A DNA stretch of 64,000 bases from Chryseolinea serpens (lineage in GTDB: Bacteria > Bacteroidota > Bacteroidia > Cytophagales > Cyclobacteriaceae), in assembly GCF_900129725.1 (NCBI RefSeq), contig NZ_FQWQ01000003.1:404686-468685 (forward strand), given 5' to 3'. Below the pieces are notes generated by a model, which was not told the DNA's origin, ran no database searches, and saw only the letters and a list, made by a program, of their open reading frames with translations. Of this stretch, positions 29,940-37,762 are shown in pieces. Within the stretch, counting starts at the first letter, position 1. Each line of letters begins with the position of its first letter. The position numbers were made by a program, and so were the translations under genes.

Positions 29940-30031
29940 AATTAAATCCTTCATTTTGTTTCAGGCCGTGTTTTTTAGCCATTTGGATCAATCAAATCCA
30001 ACCCGTCAGAAATGAAGGCCTAATCCAGTTT

Positions 30032-30604
30032 TCAGATATTGGTGGCTCCTCCGTTTGCCGTCTCGTGAATAGGGTCATCCGCCTGCGAAATCCAATCGGC
30101 CGCAATGTTTGCTTGCCGTCTCAGGAGCAAATTCAACTGGCCCGCATGGTGTTGCAGATGCCTGAGATTATAAAACAAAATTTCCATCAACGTATAGTTC
30201 GACACCAACGTCGGGCACAGGCCATGCAAATTGATTTCTTCATCTTTAATCCATCGCCCGTCCAGTTTTTCATCGGAAGCATGCTGAATCAAGTTTTGAC
30301 ACTTTTTTCTTATGGCAGAAACGTATTCGACTAGCTCTTCTTTCGTGTAGAATTTGTTGGGTATAACATCATCAACAGCCTCGGGCGGTAAACTATCCAA
30401 AATCGTGTAGGGCAAGCTTGGGTAAAATTCTTTTACGGGGTTTGAAAGATAATAATCCAAAAAAATTGCCGTGTGATACGTCAGGTAGAAAAACTTTTTG
30501 TCCTGTTCCCATACTTTTTCAGGACATAGGACAATGATATTTTTGAACATATCCATGGCCGCCAGAAAATTTTTAAGCAGGCAGTTTTTGAACGTATGAT
30601 GCAT
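30032..30604 (-). CDS. DinB/YfiT-like (DinB_2) metal-dependent protein, hypothetical
   Basis: The start at 30604 gives MHHTFKN. The C-terminal LRHLQHHAGQLNLL matches the DinB_2 His-rich signature. Length is about 190 aa. Confidence 0.5.
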   Translation of the reverse strand: MHHTFKNCLLKNFLAAMDMFKNIIVLCPEKVWEQDKKFFYLTYHTAIFLDYYLSNPVKEFYPSLPYTILDSLPPEAVDDVIPNKFYTKEELVEYVSAIRKKCQNLIQHASDEKLDGRWIKDEEINLHGLCPTLVSNYTLMEILFYNLRHLQHHAGQLNLLLRRQANIAADWISQADDPIHETANGGATNI

Positions 30605-31036
30605 AGCGAGGCGTTGGTTTTTTTGAGAGGAAATGAATTTAAATTGAAAAATTATAGAAATAATGAAATTTTCCGACACTTTTTTATCATTCCGCTTTCG
30701 CGCAATCTTTTTTCGTGTGAAGCCAATTTAAGGCAGCAACCGAATGAGCGCAAATGCAATAGGGATGCATAGCGCGCATCAAAAAAACAGCAAAAGCAGC
30801 GTCTATTCGATGCTTAAAATAATGTTCTGGTCTTTTTCAGGACGCATGGAAATTATTTTTAATTTCATCCCCGAACAAGCCCGTAGCCAATACGGAGTTT
30901 AATGAAAGTTAAAACATTAGTTCTTCGGAACACCTCACCACGGATAGCCTTCATCCCATTCCTCATCGCCAGCATTCAGTTTCACAATCTCCGTCTATAG
31001 TTATCCCCTTCATTTAATCTTAAAAGTAAAACACGT

Positions 31037-32965
31037 ATGGAAAGTCCAATTTTCAGTTATTGGTGGGTCATTGTTGTAGTGATCTGCATTCTGCTCTACA
31101 AGTACATTTTGCGGTTCCTGTTCGGCATGGTCATCGTGCCGGAAGACCGGATCGGGTTGGTGACAAAAAAATTCGTACTCTTTGGTGAATTTCGCGAGTT
31201 GCCCGATGGCCGCATCGTCGCTACCCGTGGCGAAGCCGGCTTTCAGGCCAAGACGCTGGCGCCGGGATTGTATTTTGGAAAATGGTTCTGGCAATATGAA
31301 GTGAACATGCAGCCTTTCGTGATCATTCCCGAAGGCAAGATTGGTTTGATCCTCTCCAAAGACGGCGCAGAAATTCCGACCGGAAATATTTTAGGTCAAC
31401 GCGTGGACTGTGACAACTACCAGGACGCCGAAAAATTTCTCAACAACAACGGACAACGGGGCCGCCAGGCAAACTACATCACATCGGGATCGTACCGGAT
31501 CAACACGCTGTTGTTCCAGATCTCCATCACCGAAATGATCCGCATCCAGGAAAGCATGGTCGGCATTGTCACCACCCTCGACGGCCAGCCCATCGAGCCG
31601 GGACAAATTGCCGGACAACTGGTGGAAGGCCACAACAACTTTCAGGATTTCGACAGGTTCATCAAGAACCAGGGTAACCGTGGACTTCAGCCCCAGGTGA
31701 TCCTGGCGGGATCATACAACCTCAACCCGTGGGCGGTGCAGGTGGAAGAGATTCCCATGACGGAAATTCCCATCGGTTATGTGGGCGTGGTGATCTCCTA
31801 CATCGGCCAGGACGGACACGACCTGACGGGCGTGGAATTCAAACACGGTAACATTGTTCAGAAGGGATTTAAAGGCGTTTGGCTCGAGCCACTGGGTCCC
31901 GGTAAGTATCCCATCAACAAGTACATCATGAAGGTGGAGCAAGTGCCCACCACAAACCTGGTGTTGAACTGGGCGAGCGCGCGCAGTGAAGCGCACAACC
32001 TCGACAAAAACCTTAGCACCATCACCGTGCGTTCCAAAGACGGCTTCCCGTTCAACCTCGACGTGGCGCAGATCATTCACGTGCCCACCACGGAAGCGCC
32101 GAAAGTGATTGCGCGTTTCGGGAACATGATCAACCTCGTGTCGCAGGTGCTCGAGCCAACGATTGGTAACTACTTCCGGAACTCGGCGCAGGACAGCGAT
32201 GTGATTGCCTTCCTCAGCACGCGTAAAGAAAGACAGGAGGCCGCCAAGTTTCATATCAAAAAGGTGTTGGACGAATATAACGTGAACGCCGTCGACACAC
32301 TGATCGGTGATATCGTGCCGCCGGAGTCGCTGATGAAAACGCTGACCGACCGGAAAATCGCCGAAGAACAAAAGGTCACGTACGACACGCAAAAGAAAGC
32401 CCAAGAGACCCGACAAGGCATGGAAAAGGAAACCGCCATTGCCGACATGCAGAAAGATATTGTGAAGGCTCAGCAAAGCGTGGAGATCGCCGAGCGCACG
32501 GCCAACGCCACTGTAAAAAAATCGGAGGGGGATGCCACCAGCGTGAAGTTGGCGGTGAGCGCCGAAGCGGAGGCCACCAAGATGCGGGCCCACGCCGAAG
32601 CCGAAGCCACGAAAGCCCGCGCACAAGCCGAATCGGAAGCGATCAAACTGCGCGCGTCTGCACAAGCTGAGCAAATTTCGTTGACGGGTAATGCGGAAGC
32701 AGAAAAGATCCTCGCCATCGGTAAGTCCACGGCCGAAGCCTATGAGCTGGCGGTGGAAGCCCTCGGTGGTGAGAACTTCACACGCTACAAGATCACGGAA
32801 GAACTTTCCAAAGGTCACATCAAACTCATCCCCGACGTGCTCATCGGTGGCGGCGCCAACAGCAACGGAACCGCTATGGAAGGCTTGCTCGGATTGAAGC
32901 TGATGGAAATGATGGACCCCAAGAAAAACGACGGTCCGAAGAAGCCGGATGATAGTAAGAAATAA
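31037..32965 (+). CDS. Flotillin-like SPFH/band-7 protein with a long Ala/Glu-rich coiled-coil tail
   Basis: It has an N-terminal TM (WWVIVVVICILLYKYIL). The SPFH/PHB core is about 400 aa. The tail is a repetitive EA-rich coiled coil (AEAEATKMRAHAEAEATKARAQAESEAIKLRASAQAEQ), as in FloT/YqiK. Confidence 0.8.
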   Translation: MESPIFSYWWVIVVVICILLYKYILRFLFGMVIVPEDRIGLVTKKFVLFGEFRELPDGRIVATRGEAGFQAKTLAPGLYFGKWFWQYEVNMQPFVIIPEGKIGLILSKDGAEIPTGNILGQRVDCDNYQDAEKFLNNNGQRGRQANYITSGSYRINTLLFQISITEMIRIQESMVGIVTTLDGQPIEPGQIAGQLVEGHNNFQDFDRFIKNQGNRGLQPQVILAGSYNLNPWAVQVEEIPMTEIPIGYVGVVISYIGQDGHDLTGVEFKHGNIVQKGFKGVWLEPLGPGKYPINKYIMKVEQVPTTNLVLNWASARSEAHNLDKNLSTITVRSKDGFPFNLDVAQIIHVPTTEAPKVIARFGNMINLVSQVLEPTIGNYFRNSAQDSDVIAFLSTRKERQEAAKFHIKKVLDEYNVNAVDTLIGDIVPPESLMKTLTDRKIAEEQKVTYDTQKKAQETRQGMEKETAIADMQKDIVKAQQSVEIAERTANATVKKSEGDATSVKLAVSAEAEATKMRAHAEAEATKARAQAESEAIKLRASAQAEQISLTGNAEAEKILAIGKSTAEAYELAVEALGGENFTRYKITEELSKGHIKLIPDVLIGGGANSNGTAMEGLLGLKLMEMMDPKKNDGPKKPDDSKK

Positions 32966-33007
32966 TCCGGGGTTCGGTTAGATCAAATTCACAGTTGGGT
33001 CACAATA

Positions 33008-33040
33008 AGAGAGACTGTCCTTTTTGGACAGTCTCTTTAA
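33008..33040. terminator. Strong hairpin between convergent genes (downstream of flotillin; overlaps the stop of the minus-strand ORF)
   Basis: The stem is agagactgtcc/ggacagtctct, 11 bp, with loop ttttt. It is followed by ttaaataaaa. Confidence 0.55.
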
Positions 33041-33471
33041 ATAAAATCGTCCGTATTCGGGAAGGGTTCGGGTTGTTCGGTATGCTGAACCTCGAGCTGG
33101 AAATTGATCATACTTTTTTGCGGATCGCGTGTTGAGTAGACAACCCAAAACCGTTTTTTTGAACAGGAGTCCAGGGATTCGCACCTAAAAGACCTCACGG
33201 ATATATCGACTTTTCTGCTGTAGTGTTTGCCTTCCACCGTGTAGCTATACTCAATAGCTGCAGAAGTAGCGCCCTCCACTGACGTGCTCTCACGGTATGC
33301 AACGATTTCACCTTCGGTGTACGCGGGGCTATAGGTGACCTGCCCTCTGTATTGCGTATCCTTAATATGCCGATATCCTAAGTAAATGAAGACGGCTAAC
33401 AGCAACACAATGGTAGCCCCGCATCCCGGTCCACTGTCATCATTTTCTATTTCGTCATTCAAATCTTGCAT
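33037..33471 (-). CDS. Hypothetical membrane-anchored protein (DUF3592-like topology)
   Basis: The start at 33471 gives MQDLNDEIENDD. There is a single TM (TIVLLLAVFIYLGY) followed by a beta-rich soluble domain. There is no recognisable catalytic motif. Confidence 0.4.
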   Translation of the reverse strand: MQDLNDEIENDDSGPGCGATIVLLLAVFIYLGYRHIKDTQYRGQVTYSPAYTEGEIVAYRESTSVEGATSAAIEYSYTVEGKHYSRKVDISVRSFRCESLDSCSKKRFWVVYSTRDPQKSMINFQLEVQHTEQPEPFPNTDDFI

Positions 33472-33690
33472 TTCTTGGGTTGCCTTTATCGATGGATAAG
33501 CTGTCGGGATGATTGTCAACGACAAACTTATCGATGGGAGGTGGTTTTTGCAACAGAACGGTTTTCCAGTTCGCCGCTCAAATGATTTCGAAATGCCTGG
33601 TAGCAAGTAACCCGTACGTTAAAATCCTTTAGGACCATCCTAAGAAATCGCTCGGTTCCGACCAGAGCTTATTCACAAGTATGTCAAAAC

Positions 33691-33759
33691 AAAAGAGACC
33701 ATCTTGAAACAGAAGGTCTCTTTTGTTTTTACACAACCCCGGGCTTTAGCCCGGGGTTG
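33691..33759. terminator. Tandem hairpins forming a bidirectional-looking terminator region downstream of the minus-strand SDR gene
   Basis: Hairpin 1 is aaaagagacc/ggtctctttt (33691..33724) followed by GTTTTT. Hairpin 2 is the perfect palindrome caaccccgggc-ttta-gcccggggttg (33734..33759). Confidence 0.6.
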
Positions 33760-33931
33760 CACAAATGAATTTTAAAACGTGCCAAAGGAAGATCAGATCG
33801 ATCTCCTGCGCTTGGATTGGCACGGGCTAGCTGCGCTTGATCTGGCTTCGCACTGTTGTTGCGAGACCGGTTGTCTTAACGACTGCTTCTTTTAGGCGAG
33901 TACGTTTGGAATTTTTCCTGCTGGAGAAATC

Positions 33932-34669
33932 TTACCAGGGACTCTCATTATCTTTCCCCTCAAAATCAAGACTGAAGAATCTCCCCGTAGGACCATCACC
34001 CCCCAATAAAGCATACTTGGCAACAAACTTCCCGGCGTCTTCCACATTTCCGGGACCGCGATGGTGATTAAAATCGGTTGCCGTATAGCCTGGGTCAATA
34101 ATGTTGATCTTGAAATTAGTGTCTTTCAATTCATGAGCTAGGACAATGGTGTAAGCATTCAACGCTGTTTTCGACGGACCATACGCTGCGCCTTTCACCG
34201 CATAGTATTTCCACGAAGGATCGCTGTGCAGCGTGAGCGAAGCCAGACCGGAGGTGACATTCACAATTCTGGGAGATGCCGATTTTTTTAGCAGCCCCAT
34301 AAATTTCCGGGTCACTTCAATAGGTCCGAAAAAATTGGTCTCAAAAACATTCCGGATCATGTCCGTGTCAACTTCGGTAGGACTTTGCGGAAAGCCTCCG
34401 CTGATGCCCGCGTTGTTGATCAATACGTCGAGGGAATTTATTTTTTGTGCCAGGCGGGTGGCGGCAGCCGACACAGAATCCAGGTCAGTGACTTCGATTT
34501 GAATAGCTTCGACGTTATTCAATCCCTGTGCTTTCAATTTGGCGACCGCCTCTTCACCCTTCTTCAGGTCACGACTGCCCAGGTAAATAAAATGTTCTTT
34601 TTGCGCGAGTTGTTTTGCGACTTCAAAGCCAATGCTCTTGTTGGCTCCCGTTATCAGTGCTGTTTTCAT
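33932..34669 (-). CDS. SDR-family oxidoreductase
   Basis: It has ALITGANKSIGFEVAKQL, NNAG and the catalytic YGPSK. Length is 245 aa. Confidence 0.85.
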   Translation of the reverse strand: MKTALITGANKSIGFEVAKQLAQKEHFIYLGSRDLKKGEEAVAKLKAQGLNNVEAIQIEVTDLDSVSAAATRLAQKINSLDVLINNAGISGGFPQSPTEVDTDMIRNVFETNFFGPIEVTRKFMGLLKKSASPRIVNVTSGLASLTLHSDPSWKYYAVKGAAYGPSKTALNAYTIVLAHELKDTNFKINIIDPGYTATDFNHHRGPGNVEDAGKFVAKYALLGGDGPTGRFFSLDFEGKDNESPW

Positions 34670-34733
34670 AGTGTTGGTTTAACAACACAAAGGTATTCTT
34701 CGCTGCCCGGCGGGAACGGCAGTCTTTCAGGTT

Positions 34734-35627
34734 TCAATGGTAAATTTCACGGATGGCCGTTCGGTATTGCAGCGGGGTTTGCTGGGTGAGGCGTTTGAAA
34801 AACTTATTGAAGTAGGAGGCATCTTCAAAGCCGAGCTGAAAGGCTATTTCTTTTATGGAGTCGTCGGAGTGGAGAAGCATTCGCTTGGCTTCCAGGATCA
34901 GCCGTTCGTGAATGTGTACGATGGCAGGTTTTCCACTTTGCTTTTTCACGAATTCGCTCAGGTGTCCTGCGGAAATATTCATCAGGTCGGCGTAGGCCGC
35001 TACTTCATGAAATTCGGAAAAGGCTTCTTCGATGTGCGAAAGATATTTTTTTAACAGTTGGCGGTCCGGCGATTCCTTGGGCTGGCTGAACTGTTCGGTA
35101 TAGAGCCTGCTTAAGTAAATCAAGAGCACTTCCATATAGGCCAGGAGCATGTTATTTTGCCATTCGCCTTTCGCGTTGTATTCGAGATAAATCTTCTCCA
35201 GGATGTCTTCTATGAACACAATGTCCTTCGGAGTCAGATCCAGTTCGTGTCCGTGATGAGGATTTTCAATGATGGGAAGTTTCCTCAGGGAATGGTTTTC
35301 ATCCAAGGCAAGAAAGTCTTTTGTAAAACAGATGATCACCCCCGTTATTTGCGTGGCTTGTTCTTTCAGGGTGACTTGTTCCGGAATGGTGAAATAGAAT
35401 TTATTGGGCTTGATCGTATACGACGTCATATCGATCCAATGACGGCCGCCGCCTTTTTTTATAAACGCCATGAAATAGTAATCCTTCCGATGGGGAACCA
35501 GGAATTCGGCTTTCCGGTAGTTGACAAGGCTATCGTTTTTCTTGATTCGAAACACCGTATTGCCCGTGGACGGATCTTGTTCAAAAGCGTATTTGGGTAT
35601 GTTGACCTGTGTCTTGGTAACTGTCAT
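34734..35627 (-). CDS. AraC-family transcriptional regulator
   Basis: The C-terminal AraC HTH is present (LMNISAGHLSEFVKKQSGKPAIVHIHERLILEAKRMLLHSDDSIKEIAFQLGFEDASYFNKFFKRLTQQTP). It is directly upstream of the SDR and co-oriented with it. Confidence 0.8.
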   Translation of the reverse strand: MTVTKTQVNIPKYAFEQDPSTGNTVFRIKKNDSLVNYRKAEFLVPHRKDYYFMAFIKKGGGRHWIDMTSYTIKPNKFYFTIPEQVTLKEQATQITGVIICFTKDFLALDENHSLRKLPIIENPHHGHELDLTPKDIVFIEDILEKIYLEYNAKGEWQNNMLLAYMEVLLIYLSRLYTEQFSQPKESPDRQLLKKYLSHIEEAFSEFHEVAAYADLMNISAGHLSEFVKKQSGKPAIVHIHERLILEAKRMLLHSDDSIKEIAFQLGFEDASYFNKFFKRLTQQTPLQYRTAIREIYH

Positions 35628-35752
35628 CTGATAGAATTATAGATTTGCCGATAGGGAATCTTCCCGTAAGGTACGAAAGAAACGCTCGCTTGGGGAAACC
35701 GCGCGATCCAAAAAAATAACAAGCGACAAGCAGATCTTGTTTCAGAGAGACG

Positions 35753-35788
35753 TTAATGAAAAAGAGGTTGTCGCGAATGACAACCTCT
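35753..35788 (-). terminator. Intrinsic terminator for the minus-strand GH53/lipoprotein unit
   Basis: The stem is agaggttgtc/gacaacctct, 10 bp, with loop gcgaat. On the minus strand it is followed by TTTTTCATT. Confidence 0.65.
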
Positions 35789-35882
35789 TTTGTTGGGATT
35801 TATCAGGGGAGAACACTTAGGATCACGTCGATAGCATGGCAAAGATTGCCTGACGGGCAAAATCGTCCCGGACAAACGAGCG

Positions 35883-36497
35883 CTATGGAGCGTAGTTCAA
35901 CAGCGAGATATCAAGATCGCTATAGGTGAACGATGAGGGGTATGGATAAAAAGCATAAATCTCACCAACGCCACGGGCATAATAATGACGCGTGGTGTAG
36001 TTAAGATCATCCCCGAGGTAGTATTCTACCTTCAACTCCATGACCTCTTTGTAGGTGGTGCTATTGTAAGTGCGGGTGCCGTTCACGGCCACTACCGTGT
36101 AGACGGTGCGGTTACCATTGCCCTTGTCGTTTGTCCACGTCGTGTTGAGGGTGGCGTCTTCATCCAGGAAAAGGTATTCGTTTGTAAAACCCTGGTACAC
36201 TTCATGGCTCCGGCCGTAGTATTTGTTTCCTTCTTTGCGCAAGGCTTTGTCGATAGCCCCCTGGTCGTCTACTACCTTTTTGTAGGTAATGCCGTCCAGA
36301 ACGGTGTCGCCTTTGATGGTGAGCTTTATGGTGTCTGCCCAGAGGAATGTTTTATTGTCGTCGGTGGCGAAATATTGGTGCAGGTATTCCCAGTCGGTGT
36401 TCTCGTTGAGAGGAAAGTAGTCCCGGTTGGCGATGTTGGGTTCGTGACATTGTGCCAGCAGTCCGACCAGCAAAATGGATATGGCAACTGATCTCAT
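35883..36497 (-). CDS. Hypothetical secreted/lipoprotein, Tyr/Thr/Asn-rich and beta-rich, in a PUL context
   Basis: The start at 36497 gives MRSVAISILLVGLLAQCHE, a signal with Cys. There are no recognisable catalytic motifs. It lies downstream of the minus-strand GH53. Confidence 0.45.
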   Translation of the reverse strand: MRSVAISILLVGLLAQCHEPNIANRDYFPLNENTDWEYLHQYFATDDNKTFLWADTIKLTIKGDTVLDGITYKKVVDDQGAIDKALRKEGNKYYGRSHEVYQGFTNEYLFLDEDATLNTTWTNDKGNGNRTVYTVVAVNGTRTYNSTTYKEVMELKVEYYLGDDLNYTTRHYYARGVGEIYAFYPYPSSFTYSDLDISLLNYAP

Positions 36498-36603
36498 AGG
36501 GTAGGGGTTTTCAAGAGGACAGGTGAAACCTTCCTTACCACTATTTACGAACAAAAAATAATATTCCCTCCCCGGATTCCCCGCAAAAAGCGCTCAAACG
36601 AGG

Positions 36604-37653
36604 TTATTCCACCAAAAAAGCGTCCATGGCTTTCGTGGGCCGGCCATCGCTGCCCCAGGCGCTCAGCTTGTAGCGGCTCCAGCTTTGGGCGCCTTCGGGC
36701 TCCCAGTAGATCACACCGAGGCCCTTATGGTTTGGCACAGCCTTCACTTTTTTGATGACGGCCACCAGCATGTCGTAGGTGTTTTGCACTTTATCGTCTT
36801 CGCCGCCCACTTCCACCACCATCACTTCTTTGCCATAGCGCGCGGAGATTTCGTTCATGTTTTTGGCGAGGTCGTCGATGCTCAGCGTGTAGTCGGGGTT
36901 GCCGTCGAGCCAGTAGGGGTAGTAGGATAACCCGATCACATCATATTTTGCGCCGTGGGCTTTTGCATTGTCAAACCACGTTCTGAAACGGGGGATGTTG
37001 TTGCCCTGGTCGACGTGCAGGATCACCTTGCTTTTCGGGCTCACGGCCTTGATGGCGTCGTACCCTTTGTTGATGAGTTGCGCCAGGCTGTCCCAGGTTT
37101 TTGTGCTGCCTTCGGGATAGATCATGCCGCCCGGGGTTTCATTGCCCACCTGCACCCATTCCGGTGTGATGCCCTGTGCTTTCAGACCGGTCATCACGTC
37201 GTGGGTATAATCATAAACATCCTGGAGCAGTTGTGGGAACCCGTGGCCTTGCCAGGCTTTTGGTTTTACTTGTTTGCCCGGGTCGGCCCAACTGTCGCTG
37301 TAGTGAAAATCGATCATCACCCGCATGCCCCACTGCTGGGCGCGTTTGGCCATGGCGATGGTTTCGTCTTTGCTGCAATGGCCACTGTGCGGATTGTCGG
37401 AAGGATTGACAAACGTGCGCAAGCGAATGGTATTGATGCCGTGGTCTTTGAGGATCTGGAAACAATCCTGTGGTTTGCCCTGGTCGTCATAGAAAACATA
37501 ACCCCCGGCCTCCATCTGCGGCAGCCAACTGATGTCGGCGCCCTTTACAAAAGCCGGCGCTTTTTTTTCTGGCGTAGGGCTGTTGGTGGAAGTCGCTGCA
37601 GCGCTTATGTGAAGCGATAGGAAGAGGAGTAGGGGAGATAAAGTCGTTTTCAT
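36604..37653 (-). CDS. Arabinogalactan endo-beta-1,4-galactanase, GH53 (secreted)
   Basis: The start at 37653 gives MKTTLSPLLLFLSLHISAAA, a signal. GH53 motifs are present (FVKGADISWLPQMEAGGYVFYDDQGKPQDCFQILKDHGINTIRLR; MIDFHYSDSWADPGKQ; VQVGNET; GVIYWEPE). The longer ORF to 37890 would overlap the HTCS 3' end and is rejected. Confidence 0.8.
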   Translation of the reverse strand: MKTTLSPLLLFLSLHISAAATSTNSPTPEKKAPAFVKGADISWLPQMEAGGYVFYDDQGKPQDCFQILKDHGINTIRLRTFVNPSDNPHSGHCSKDETIAMAKRAQQWGMRVMIDFHYSDSWADPGKQVKPKAWQGHGFPQLLQDVYDYTHDVMTGLKAQGITPEWVQVGNETPGGMIYPEGSTKTWDSLAQLINKGYDAIKAVSPKSKVILHVDQGNNIPRFRTWFDNAKAHGAKYDVIGLSYYPYWLDGNPDYTLSIDDLAKNMNEISARYGKEVMVVEVGGEDDKVQNTYDMLVAVIKKVKAVPNHKGLGVIYWEPEGAQSWSRYKLSAWGSDGRPTKAMDAFLVE

Positions 37654-37762
37654 TTTCTGGGTTGTATCTGGTCGTGCAAAGTAATTTCTAAACTGGGGTG
37701 TGAGAGGAGAATAATCCTGCACAAAAAGAAAAAAATAGACCATTTTAAGATGAAATGCGGGA

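Noticed and set aside
31712-32818. A 368-aa minus-strand ORF inside the flotillin gene
   Set aside because: It is an artefact of the GC-rich, repetitive Ala/Glu codons of the flotillin tail. The translation is Gly/Arg/Phe/Leu-rich nonsense.
36685-37620. The + strand ORFs (81 aa and 221 aa) inside the GH53 gene, and the 5' extension of the GH53 ORF to 37890 overlapping the HTCS
   Set aside because: The GH53 signal peptide begins at the internal ATG at 37653. The extension encodes non-protein-like sequence and would overlap the HTCS 3' end by about 130 bp.
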